Below, piece after piece: positions 36,202 through 44,238 of a DNA stretch of 64,000 nucleotides. The stretch comes from an uncultured Gammaproteobacteria bacterium. GTDB lineage: Bacteria; Patescibacteriota; Microgenomatia; UBA8517. Below the pieces are notes generated by a model that was not told the origin of the DNA, made no database searches, and saw only the letters and a list, made by a program, of their open reading frames with translations. Every line of letters starts with the position of its first letter. Position 1 is the stretch's first letter. Both the position numbers and the translations under genes were made by a program. The DNA lies in the NCBI GenBank assembly GCA_964583105.1, contig CAZOUV010000003.1:14946-78945 (forward strand). Reading direction: 5' to 3'.

Positions 36202-38539
36202 TATGGTTACAGAAACGTTATTTGATTACAATTTAATTATTAATATTCTCCTTTTTTCGGGAGTAGCAGCTACTTTATTTGTCGCATTGTGGCAAATTGC
36301 TTTAACCTTTTTTAAACACAGGGGTAGAGAAGAAAGAAGTGTTGACTCGGTTCTTCTTCAGATTGCACTGCCAAGAAATAACGAAACCAAGATTGATGCC
36401 ATGGAACAAGTATTTTCTTCTCTATATTCGATTAAAAAAGGTGGATGGAAACAAAGATTTTCGGTTCAACCTACCGTCTCTTTTGAAATTGTGGCCATGC
36501 AGGAAGACATAAGATTCTTTGTCTGGTGCCCCAAAAAACTTCAAGATCTTTTGGAAAAGCAGATTAACGGAGGTTTTCCGGAAGCGGAAATTAAGGAAGT
36601 TCCCGAAGTTGATATTTTTAAAGAAAAAGGTAAGGTTGCCTATAAATCCCTTCAGCTTTCCAAGGCAAATTTCTATCCCCTTAAAACCTTTAAAGATTTG
36701 GCAACTGATCCACTAAGTTCGGTTACATCTACCTTGGCTAAAATGGGACCCGATGAAGCCGCATCCGTTCAGATACTTGTATCTCCTGCTGAAAGTGCTT
36801 GGCAAAAATCGGGAAGTAAATTTATTTCTGATACCAAAAAACAGGAATCCGATCCTGAGAAAGCAAAATTTTCAACCTCAGCAAAAACTTTGGAAGCGGT
36901 TGAAAGTAAAATTGCAAAACCCGGATTTGAGACATCAATAAGAATTGTTGTTGTCTCCGAAACATCGGAAATTGCAAAATCACATCTTGATAATATTGCA
37001 TCCTCCTTTAGCCAATTTGCATCAGATACAAATCTTTTAAAGAAGAGAAAAATTGTCAATAAAGGTGCTTTCATGGAAGATTTTCTTTACAGGTATCAGC
37101 CGATGTTTAATATGCCCGGCAATAGAATGTCTGTTTTAAATTCTGAGGAACTTGCAACAATATATCATTTTCCCAATAAACAAGTCACAACCCCGCATAT
37201 TTTTTGGCTTAACGCAAAAACAGCCCCGGCCCCTTCTCAAATACCCATGGAGGGAATGTTTTTAGGCAATAGTATTTATAGGGGAATTAAAAGACCAGTC
37301 TTTATTTCCAACGAGGACAGGATGAGACACGTTTATATTATTGGTAAAACCGGAACCGGAAAATCCGAACTACAAAAAGAAATGATAATTCAGGATATTA
37401 AAGATGGTAACGGCCTTTGTTTTATAGATCCTCACGGAGATGCTCTTCAGGAGATATTAAAACAGGTGCCTCCTGAAAGAGCAGAGGATGTAATTTACTT
37501 TAATCCTGCAGATACCGAGCGTCCCATGGGACTTAACCTTCTAGAGGCAAAAACAGAAGATGAAAAACACTTCGCCGCAACATCAATTATCAATATGATG
37601 TATAAACTTTTCGATCCTTATAAAACAGGTATTGTGGGTCCCCGTTTTGAACACGGAGTCAGAAACGCAATGCTCACGGCAATGAGTGAAGAAGGTAACA
37701 CCTTTGTTGAAGTAATGCGCATAATGACCGACTCGCGCTATGTCCAAGAGCTTCTTCCCAAGGTTCAGGACCCCATTGTTAGAAGATACTGGACCGATCA
37801 GATTGCCCAAACCGCGGACTTTCATAAATCCGAAGTTTTAGATTATACGGTTTCCAAATTCGGAAGGTTTGTTACAAATAGACTCATAAGAAACATTATC
37901 GGTCAATCAAAATCGGCATTTGATTTCAGGCAAATTATGGATCAGGGTAAAATTCTCCTTATCAGTCTTGCCAAGGGAGAGCTGGGAGAGGAAAACTCAA
38001 ACTTTTTGGGACTTATTTTAATTCCCAGGATTTTGATGGCGGCCATGAGTAGGGCCGATATGCCTAAGGAGCAAAGACGAGACTTTTTCCTTTACGTAGA
38101 TGAGTTTCAGAATTTTGCCACCCCCGATTTTGCAACCATTCTTTCTGAGGCAAGAAAATACAGCTTGGGTCTTTGTGTAGCAAATCAGTTTATAGGTCAG
38201 GTGGAAGAGGAAGTTAAAAATGCGGTATTTGGTAATGTCGGAACAATAGTTGCATTCAGAGTGGGAGTGACGGATGCAAACTATTTACAGCATGAATTTA
38301 CTCCGACGTTTGCGGAAGATGATTTATTAAACATTGAAAGATATCATGCTTATATAAAAACCACGGTTCATAATGAACCAGTTCCTCCTTTTTCCATGGA
38401 TTTGACCAAAGACATGGCTCAACAAAAAGCTTCCGAAAATGAAAGAGTTGCAGAAATAATAAAAGAAATGAGTAGGATAAAGTACGGTAGGGATGGGAGA
38501 ATAGTTGAGGCGGAGATTGCAAGACGTTCTAACCTATGA
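36191..38539 (+). CDS. membrane-anchored FtsK/HerA-superfamily ATPase, type IV coupling protein-like (VirD4/TraD/TraG-like)
   Basis: N-terminal TM helix. Walker A is IIGKTGTGKS, followed by FIDPHGD. Walker B is FFLYVDEFQNF. The C-terminal ANQ region is present. The unique N-terminal domain of about 330 aa is unassigned. Confidence 0.55.
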   Translation: MVTSMVTETLFDYNLIINILLFSGVAATLFVALWQIALTFFKHRGREERSVDSVLLQIALPRNNETKIDAMEQVFSSLYSIKKGGWKQRFSVQPTVSFEIVAMQEDIRFFVWCPKKLQDLLEKQINGGFPEAEIKEVPEVDIFKEKGKVAYKSLQLSKANFYPLKTFKDLATDPLSSVTSTLAKMGPDEAASVQILVSPAESAWQKSGSKFISDTKKQESDPEKAKFSTSAKTLEAVESKIAKPGFETSIRIVVVSETSEIAKSHLDNIASSFSQFASDTNLLKKRKIVNKGAFMEDFLYRYQPMFNMPGNRMSVLNSEELATIYHFPNKQVTTPHIFWLNAKTAPAPSQIPMEGMFLGNSIYRGIKRPVFISNEDRMRHVYIIGKTGTGKSELQKEMIIQDIKDGNGLCFIDPHGDALQEILKQVPPERAEDVIYFNPADTERPMGLNLLEAKTEDEKHFAATSIINMMYKLFDPYKTGIVGPRFEHGVRNAMLTAMSEEGNTFVEVMRIMTDSRYVQELLPKVQDPIVRRYWTDQIAQTADFHKSEVLDYTVSKFGRFVTNRLIRNIIGQSKSAFDFRQIMDQGKILLISLAKGELGEENSNFLGLILIPRILMAAMSRADMPKEQRRDFFLYVDEFQNFATPDFATILSEARKYSLGLCVANQFIGQVEEEVKNAVFGNVGTIVAFRVGVTDANYLQHEFTPTFAEDDLLNIERYHAYIKTTVHNEPVPPFSMDLTKDMAQQKASENERVAEIIKEMSRIKYGRDGRIVEAEIARRSNL

Positions 38540-38552
38540 TAATCTTTCCGTT

Positions 38553-39398
38553 ATGAATATTGGAGTAATTGGCTGGGGTTTTGTGGGTCAGGCAACCGGA
38601 AAAGGACTTGCCACAAACAAAAAAAACAAAATCTTTGTTTATGATAAACAAAGAACAAGCCCATTAACCTTAGAGGAAGTTGTAGAAAAATCGGAATTTA
38701 TCTTTATTTGTGTGCCTACCCCGATGTATTCAGACTACTCCGGAATGAGTATGGCTATTGTAGAAGAAGTTGCGGGACAGATTGCAAAAGTAGCCAAGGG
38801 AACGGATAAAATAGCGATTGTTAAATCTACGGTTCTTCCGGGCCTTACTCAAAGTTTCATTAAAAAATACCCCAAAGTTAATTGGGCAATGAATCCGGAA
38901 TTTCTTACACAGAACAATGCAAACTATGATTTTATGCACCCCGCAAGAACGGTTATTGGAGCCTCATCCAAGAAAGTGGGGGAAAGGATAAAAGCTCTTT
39001 ATCAAACAATTTACCCCAATGATCAAACATATTTCATAATGGACGTAACCAGCGCAGAACTTACAAAGTATATGAGCAATAACATGCTTGCCTCACAGAT
39101 AATTGTTGCAAACGAGTTTTACTTCTTAGCTAAAAAAGTAGGAGCTGATTATGAAAAAGTAAAGGAAGCCGTTGGGGCTGATAAAAGAATAGGGAGATTT
39201 TTACAAGTGCCAGGTTGGGATGGAGATTTTGGTTTTGGACAAGCTTGTTTCCCAAAGGACATGATTGGTATTTTGGGTCACGCCAAAAAATTAAAAGTAG
39301 ATATGTCAGCCTTATCTGCAATATGGCAAAAGAATTTAAAAATAAGAAAAAACAGAGACTGGGAACACATGACTTCTGCCTTCAGAAAGAAAAATTAA
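38553..39398 (+). CDS. UDP-glucose/GDP-mannose dehydrogenase family protein, apparently lacking the C-terminal UDP-binding domain
   Basis: IGWGFVG Rossmann motif and the catalytic GFGQACFPKD Cys motif. It has only about 281 aa, against about 390-440 for full-length enzymes. The 280 bp downstream is noncoding. Confidence 0.45.
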   Translation: MNIGVIGWGFVGQATGKGLATNKKNKIFVYDKQRTSPLTLEEVVEKSEFIFICVPTPMYSDYSGMSMAIVEEVAGQIAKVAKGTDKIAIVKSTVLPGLTQSFIKKYPKVNWAMNPEFLTQNNANYDFMHPARTVIGASSKKVGERIKALYQTIYPNDQTYFIMDVTSAELTKYMSNNMLASQIIVANEFYFLAKKVGADYEKVKEAVGADKRIGRFLQVPGWDGDFGFGQACFPKDMIGILGHAKKLKVDMSALSAIWQKNLKIRKNRDWEHMTSAFRKKN

Positions 39399-39678
39399 TT
39401 TTTTGTTAAGGGGATGGAAAGAAGGTCATCAAATCTTATTAAACCCAACATCGTACCTCGTTCTGTGACTGAGTTACAATGGAGGGAATCCATGCTTTCT
39501 CCAGTTGTTGGGGACATCAGGTCTGGGGGAAAAATTCTTTCAGTTTGCATAAACAATGGCATGGTTTATTATAATGTTTGTATGAGTTATCGTTATTGTC
39601 GCCAATGTAGCGATCAGGATTATTGTTCGGAAAGATCAATTGGAACTTCAAATCTGCTATAATTTCATCGTAGTTTTC

Positions 39679-39749
39679 GGATCCGTCGTTTAACGGCAAG
39701 ACGGGTCTCTTATAAAGACCAAACGATAGTTCGACTCTATCCGGATCCA
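39679..39749 (+). tRNA. tRNA with UAU anticodon (tRNA-Ile, AUA-decoding type)
   Basis: Folded by hand. Acceptor is GGATCCG/CGGATCC. D-stem is GTTT/AGAC with loop AACGGCA. Anticodon stem is GGTCT/AGACC with loop CTTATAA. Variable loop is AAAC. T-arm is GATAG-TTCGACT-CTATC. Discriminator is A. U8, U33, A37 and G18G19 are present. Confidence 0.7.
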
Positions 39750-40002
39750 CTCAAAAAAGTTTTATTTTGATTACTTTTTAGTATTTAATTTTGATCCAGG
39801 AAGGTGTAGTTCCAATAAACCAAATACACCTCGAAAGGTCATCTCACCCTCAACCACTGGATTAATTGCTCGACCCGGAATTGGGAGAGTTACTACTCCA
39901 GCCACAAAACCCGCTATACCTATCGCAAGATTATCTCTTGTAAAGCCTAAAAAGTTCCGTGGTTTATTTTCAAGTAATTTTTCTCTTTCAGACACTTTAT
40001 AT

Positions 40003-40866
40003 TTATAATTCAATTAGGACCTGCCTCTTTCCTGATTCAGTTACTCCTGCAAGTTCAAGGTAACGTTCTGTTGTTGAAAGCCTTCTGTGTCCCGAAACTT
40101 GTGAAAGAAGAACAAGATCAACACCTCCTTTGATGTTTTCAATCATGAATGTTGTTCTTAAATCATTTACTGAATAATTTGGGATTTCCGCTCTTTGCAT
40201 GTACCTGTCAATTGCTGCCCTTATGTTTCTTACGGCAATGGGTTTTCCGGACTTACTTATAAATACATATTCAGATTGAACTTTTGGTCTATTTGTAAGA
40301 TATAAATCAAGCGCGTCTTTGGCGGGTTTGTTTAAAGGAATTGTCCTTTCTGCTTGTGTTGCATATGCTTCTATTTTTACGGTTCCGTCCTTGACGTCTT
40401 CGGTTTTAAGATTGGCTACTTCCGAAATTCTTATTCCGGTTTGCAATATGAGTTCAACCATGGCTGCAATTCTGGTATCGCCCCTTACAACATCTCTCAA
40501 GGCTCTGTATTCCAGTTGTGACAGAAATTTGGGAAGAGAGCTTTCAACTTTTGGGTGAGAAACCGTATTTGAGGTATCACTTGTAAGGAGTCCCTCAGAA
40601 ACAAGCCATCTGAAAAATGTTTTAACGGCATTTAGTTTTCTTGAAACCGACTTAGGAGTATATTTTTGGGTCAAAAGGGTATCTCTAAAACTTTCCAAAT
40701 CAGATGAAACAACCTGGTCTATTAAAGGTTTGTTTTTGTTTAGAAGAAATGCAACTAATTGATCAAGATCTGCTCTATAGGCAATAACCGTTGAGGGAGA
40801 TCTTCCTTTTACCTTTAAACTCTCGATAAATTTCGGAACAAGGTTTTTAACCGTTTCTTGTGTCAT
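40003..40866 (-). CDS. tyrosine site-specific recombinase (XerC/XerD/phage integrase family)
   Basis: N-terminal SAM-like core-binding domain. The C-terminus has GHRRLSTTERYLEL (conserved His and catalytic Tyr); the box II His residues are replaced (NDLRTTF). Confidence 0.75.
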   Translation of the reverse strand: MTQETVKNLVPKFIESLKVKGRSPSTVIAYRADLDQLVAFLLNKNKPLIDQVVSSDLESFRDTLLTQKYTPKSVSRKLNAVKTFFRWLVSEGLLTSDTSNTVSHPKVESSLPKFLSQLEYRALRDVVRGDTRIAAMVELILQTGIRISEVANLKTEDVKDGTVKIEAYATQAERTIPLNKPAKDALDLYLTNRPKVQSEYVFISKSGKPIAVRNIRAAIDRYMQRAEIPNYSVNDLRTTFMIENIKGGVDLVLLSQVSGHRRLSTTERYLELAGVTESGKRQVLIEL

Positions 40867-40929
40867 AATACTATTTAAACGTGGGTAGTGATCCTATATT
40901 ATAGTTACAATTTTCTTTAAGTCAACACT

Positions 40930-41316
40930 ATGGGAGAAAAACTAAAACAAAAATTTGTAAAAGCAAGAATTTACTTACTCATTCTTTTTATCATTCTTTT
41001 TACCCTTTCCCTTTTTAGAAATATTTTGAAAATCAATCGTGCTAAAGAAAGAATTGAAAACGAAAAAGAAAAAGTTGTTGAGTTGGAGAGTCAGGGCAGA
41101 ATTCTGGAAGAGGAATTAAGAAAAATGCAAGGAAACAAATATTTAGAGGATCAATTAAGGGATAAACTGGGACTTGCCAAAGAAGGAGAAAGCATAGTTA
41201 TTTTGCCGGATCCGGAAATTCTTAAAAGTCTGGTTCCTAATATCCCCGATGAAAAAGATTACTTGCCCGATCCGACTTATGTAAAATGGCTAAAGTTGTT
41301 TGATATGAAAATATGA
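40930..41316 (+). CDS. FtsB/DivIC-like septum formation initiator (TM + coiled coil)
   Basis: TM helix, a coiled coil, then YLEDQLRDKLGLAKEGESIV matching the FtsB/DivIC C-terminal motif. Confidence 0.45.
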   Translation: MGEKLKQKFVKARIYLLILFIILFTLSLFRNILKINRAKERIENEKEKVVELESQGRILEEELRKMQGNKYLEDQLRDKLGLAKEGESIVILPDPEILKSLVPNIPDEKDYLPDPTYVKWLKLFDMKI

Positions 41317-41600
41317 CATTTATTAAAAAGGAAGAAGATTTTGTCTGCAAAGTTTGCGGAACAAAAGTAAAAGGAACGGGATATACCAACCATTGTCCGA
41401 ATTGTCTTTGGAGTTTACATGTAGATGAAGTTATCCCGGGGGATAGACTATCTGAGTGTAAAGGACTTATGGAACCAATTAATGCGGAAATGAAAAACGG
41501 AGAATACATAATTATCCACAGATGCCAGAAATGTAAAAAAACAATTAAAAACAAGGCTTCGGAAAACGACAATATTGAAGAGATAATTAAACTTCTATAA
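41313..41600 (+). CDS. RNHCP-domain zinc-ribbon protein
   Basis: YTNHCPNCLWSLHVD is the RNHCP signature. CKVCG and a C-terminal CQKCKK are also present. Confidence 0.6.
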   Translation: MTFIKKEEDFVCKVCGTKVKGTGYTNHCPNCLWSLHVDEVIPGDRLSECKGLMEPINAEMKNGEYIIIHRCQKCKKTIKNKASENDNIEEIIKLL

Positions 41601-41608
41601 AACTTCTG

Positions 41609-41678
41609 TTGCGGAGCCAGGAGTTGAACCTGGCCTGCGAGATTATGAGCCTCGCGTGCAGCCGTACACTACCCCGCA
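41609..41678 (-). tRNA. tRNA with CAU anticodon (Met or Ile2/lysidine type)
   Basis: Minus-strand fold. Acceptor is TGCGGGG/CTCCGCA, anticodon stem CGAGG/TCTCG with loop CTCATAA, T-arm CCAGG-TTCAACT-CCTGG, discriminator A. The D-loop is short. Confidence 0.65.
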
Positions 41679-41750
41679 TATAACTAACATGGCTATTATA
41701 ACATACGGGTTTGTGAGTAGCTTTCCTTTAAGGTAAAATACTTAATTAAG

Positions 41751-41822
41751 CCAACGTAGCTCAGTGGTAGAGCGGAGCCCTCATAAAGCTTAGGCCGAAG
41801 GTTCAATCCCTTCCGTTGGCAC
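41751..41822 (+). tRNA. tRNA with CAU anticodon (elongator Met or Ile2 type)
   Basis: GCCAACG acceptor, TAGCTCAGTGGTAGAGC D-arm, anticodon loop CTCATAA, T-arm GAAGG-TTCAATC-CCTTC, G1-C72 pair. Confidence 0.8.
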
Positions 41823-41856
41823 TCTTCTAGTTTTTAGTTATTGACTTATTGGCATA

Positions 41857-41871
41857 CATTGTATTACAATG
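41857..41871 (+). promoter_or_regulatory. palindromic operator CATTGTA-T-TACAATG overlapping the start codon of the second brnT
   Basis: Perfect 7-bp inverted repeat; its final ATG is the ORF start. A TTGACT box lies at 41841-41846. Confidence 0.4.
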
Positions 41872-42153
41872 AAATCTGGTAAGAGTATGAAACTGGTTTG
41901 GGACGAGTGGAACAAGGAACATATTAAAAAACATAAAGTTTCCGTTTCTGAAGTCAAACAGGCCTGTAAGAACGAGATTGTTACTAAACAATCATATCTA
42001 AACAGGCAAATGATTTTAGGAGTAACGAAAAACAAGAGACTTTTGACAGTATTTCTCTCTTTTGAGAAACAGAAAGAAGGATATGTTGTGTCAGCAAGAG
42101 ATATGAGTTTAAAAGAAAGGAAAGTTTATTATGAAAAGACCAAAACCAATTAA
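41869..42153 (+). CDS. BrnT-family (DUF497) toxin, second copy
   Basis: LVWDEWNKEHIKKHKVSVSEV matches the BrnT FEWDxxK...KHGV pattern; 94 aa. Confidence 0.65.
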   Translation: MKSGKSMKLVWDEWNKEHIKKHKVSVSEVKQACKNEIVTKQSYLNRQMILGVTKNKRLLTVFLSFEKQKEGYVVSARDMSLKERKVYYEKTKTN

Positions 42154-42412
42154 ACCATTTAAATCTTTGAAAGAAGAAGCCAATTTTTGGGATACTCACG
42201 ATGTAAGTAAAGTATTTAAAAATCCAAAAATTTCTCTTTCCGAATTATTATCCCTTGAACCTAAAAAGGAAGTAATAATGACCTTAAGGGTTCAGAAAGT
42301 GGTTAAAGAAAAAATAGACAAAGTAGCAAAAATAAAAGGGATTAACCCCGCAACTCTTTCCAGAATGTGGCTTGTGGAAAGATTGACAAGGGAAGAAGGT
42401 TTGGTATACTAA
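42131..42412 (+). CDS. BrnA-family antitoxin, second copy
   Basis: EEANFWDTHD motif and a C-terminal RHH-like region. It overlaps the toxin gene by 23 nt. Confidence 0.65.
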   Translation: MKRPKPIKPFKSLKEEANFWDTHDVSKVFKNPKISLSELLSLEPKKEVIMTLRVQKVVKEKIDKVAKIKGINPATLSRMWLVERLTREEGLVY

Positions 42413-42570
42413 CGCTAGTTTTATAAATGCTTTGAGAAGATCGGTTGGGATCTTTGAATAGCTGGCAAAGCTACTCGAAAGAGATGTCGAGCCCAGAGGC
42501 GAAACTGTAAAAGTCAGCAACGAGTGTCGGAAACGGAGCTCGTCAAGAATAAGGTTTTCTTATCTTAACG

Positions 42571-42597
42571 ATCTCGCTTTGGCGAGATTTTTGATTT
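42571..42597 (+). terminator. rho-independent terminator-like hairpin
   Basis: ATCTCGC-TTTG-GCGAGAT followed by TTTTGATTT, downstream of brnA. Confidence 0.5.
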
Positions 42598-42683
42598 AAG
42601 ACAACAAAAATAGGGTGGTACCCCCGAGAGGGCCCTTGTAAATTAACGATTTGTTTCGTTGGTTTGCAAGGGCTTTTTTGTTT

Positions 42684-42755
42684 GGGAATGTAGCTCAAGG
42701 GCAGAGTATCCGTCTCCAAAACGGAAGATTGAGGGTTCAAGTCCCTCCATTCCCA
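42684..42755 (+). tRNA. tRNA-Trp (CCA)
   Basis: GGGAATG/CATTCCC acceptor, anticodon stem TCCGT/ACGGA with loop CTCCAAA, T-arm GAGGG-TTCAAGT-CCCTC. Confidence 0.85.
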
Positions 42756-42831
42756 CATATGGAAAGAATTAAATTTATAACACCGGCTATGTTAATTAGA
42801 AAGGAAACCTCGCAAGAGGGGTATCTCTGGC

Positions 42832-44238
42832 ATGACTATGTTTGGAATAAATATATTACTTAAACATATAAATAATAACTCTTTTATTGATAGGGAAGTT
42901 TCAGGTGCCCTAAAAAGAAGAGGGGAGAAAGAAATCTTTAATAGATTTTTGGTATCAGAACTTTCTTCGGGAGATAAAGTCATCGATTTTATGCTCAAAG
43001 AAGTTAAACAAAATACTAAAAACCTTTTAAAAGAAGGAATAATTATACCTGATCAGGTTTTACTTGATTTTACTATCTCAATTTTGAAGGCGGGTGGGAG
43101 TGAGAAACTGAATACCTACGACACAATTGTCAGGAAAATTATTGAACAAGAAAGCCCAAGATTTAAAAAACTTCACAACGATATAGATAAAGGCAGGTTT
43201 GACGGCAGATTACCCTTTGGGTATCCGGATGCAAGCAAAAGGGCGGCAGGGATGTTAACTGCCAAGATAAAAGATACTGCTCAAGATGTTAGAGAAGATT
43301 ATTTGGAGCAAAAATTTGTTGGAGATAAGATTAGAGAATTTTCCAAAGAAATGTTTTACGGAATTAATAAATTGGACCTATCGGGTAATGAACTGGTTAG
43401 ATATTTGAACATTCTCTATGGACTATCTCTTGTGCAAGTTGCACCTACGGAAAACCCCATACTTTTAAAAAGTAGAATATGTGAGGCCATAAGACAAAAA
43501 GAGCCAATTGATCTTGTGTATATAAAAAGCTTACGTTATTCCTATCCAGGGGGAAAAGGCATGAAATTAGTTAACCACCTTAATGAAGAAGAGACATTAA
43601 ATTTAGACGGGACAAAAAGGAAGTATTTCAGCGAGCATTTAATATTAGAAAGATTAGGTAAATTTGTTCAAATTTTTAATAATGCAGATGTAAAAGTTCA
43701 CTTAAATATAATAATTGCAGATAATGATCTTGATATTCTTTTCCCTATCGGTAGCGGTTTTGTGCCCGACAGCGATATTTATACAGCAAAAGAAGATATT
43801 AATTATTATCTGGAAAATTTTTGTCGTACCTGTGAGAATATGCACGCTGATGTTTATCTTTTAACAGATTTTATTAAACAAAAACATCTTGAGGGTAGTT
43901 ATACAAAGATGGTTAAATTTATTTATTCGGATGTTAAAAATCAAAGAAACATCATATCTGAAAGAGAAATCGAAGAAAGAGTAAATTTCAGATATGAATT
44001 TTTTGGACAGATCTATGGAAAAAAGTATTCAAGGGAATGTGCAAGAGAGGCAATGTATAACCAAATTGCAAATGTTATGGCCCTGTCAGAAGTTTTTAAT
44101 TCTTTTAAAAAACCTCCGGTTGTGGTGATTGATTACAGGGGACTGGAGAATAAAATGATTGGTGGACTAGAACCAAATTCCAGAAGCGTGTTCTTGACCA
44201 AACTTAAAGAGCCAACGATAATAGAGAAAGTGAAATGA
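42832..44238 (+). CDS. hypothetical 468-aa protein, no recognisable family
   Basis: Long ORF between tRNA-Trp and trpS. Its stop overlaps the trpS start (ATGA). No P-loop, HIGH or KMSKS motifs were seen. Confidence 0.4.
   Translation: MTMFGINILLKHINNNSFIDREVSGALKRRGEKEIFNRFLVSELSSGDKVIDFMLKEVKQNTKNLLKEGIIIPDQVLLDFTISILKAGGSEKLNTYDTIVRKIIEQESPRFKKLHNDIDKGRFDGRLPFGYPDASKRAAGMLTAKIKDTAQDVREDYLEQKFVGDKIREFSKEMFYGINKLDLSGNELVRYLNILYGLSLVQVAPTENPILLKSRICEAIRQKEPIDLVYIKSLRYSYPGGKGMKLVNHLNEEETLNLDGTKRKYFSEHLILERLGKFVQIFNNADVKVHLNIIIADNDLDILFPIGSGFVPDSDIYTAKEDINYYLENFCRTCENMHADVYLLTDFIKQKHLEGSYTKMVKFIYSDVKNQRNIISEREIEERVNFRYEFFGQIYGKKYSRECAREAMYNQIANVMALSEVFNSFKKPPVVVIDYRGLENKMIGGLEPNSRSVFLTKLKEPTIIEKVK

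Noticed and set aside
39414-39750. ORFs 39414-39662 (+) and 39517-39750 (-) in the spacer after the truncated dehydrogenase
   Set aside because: Both overlap a well-formed tRNA (39679-39749) and each other. They have no RBS or motifs and are most likely spurious.
41207-41214. CCGGATCC 8-mer inside the FtsB-like gene, matching the 3' acceptor of the UAU tRNA, as a possible attR
   Set aside because: The match is only 8 bp and palindromic. About two such hits are expected by chance in 64 kb, and the flanks do not extend the match.
42421-42683. RNase P RNA or SRP RNA in the brnA to tRNA-Trp spacer
   Set aside because: Conserved CR-I/CR-IV (RNase P) and domain IV GGAAGCAGCC-type (SRP) motifs were not found. 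The spacer is too short for RNase P RNA.
42543-42758. 71-aa minus-strand ORF
   Set aside because: It lies antisense across tRNA-Trp and the terminator region. It is an artefact of the relatively GC-rich tRNA sequence.
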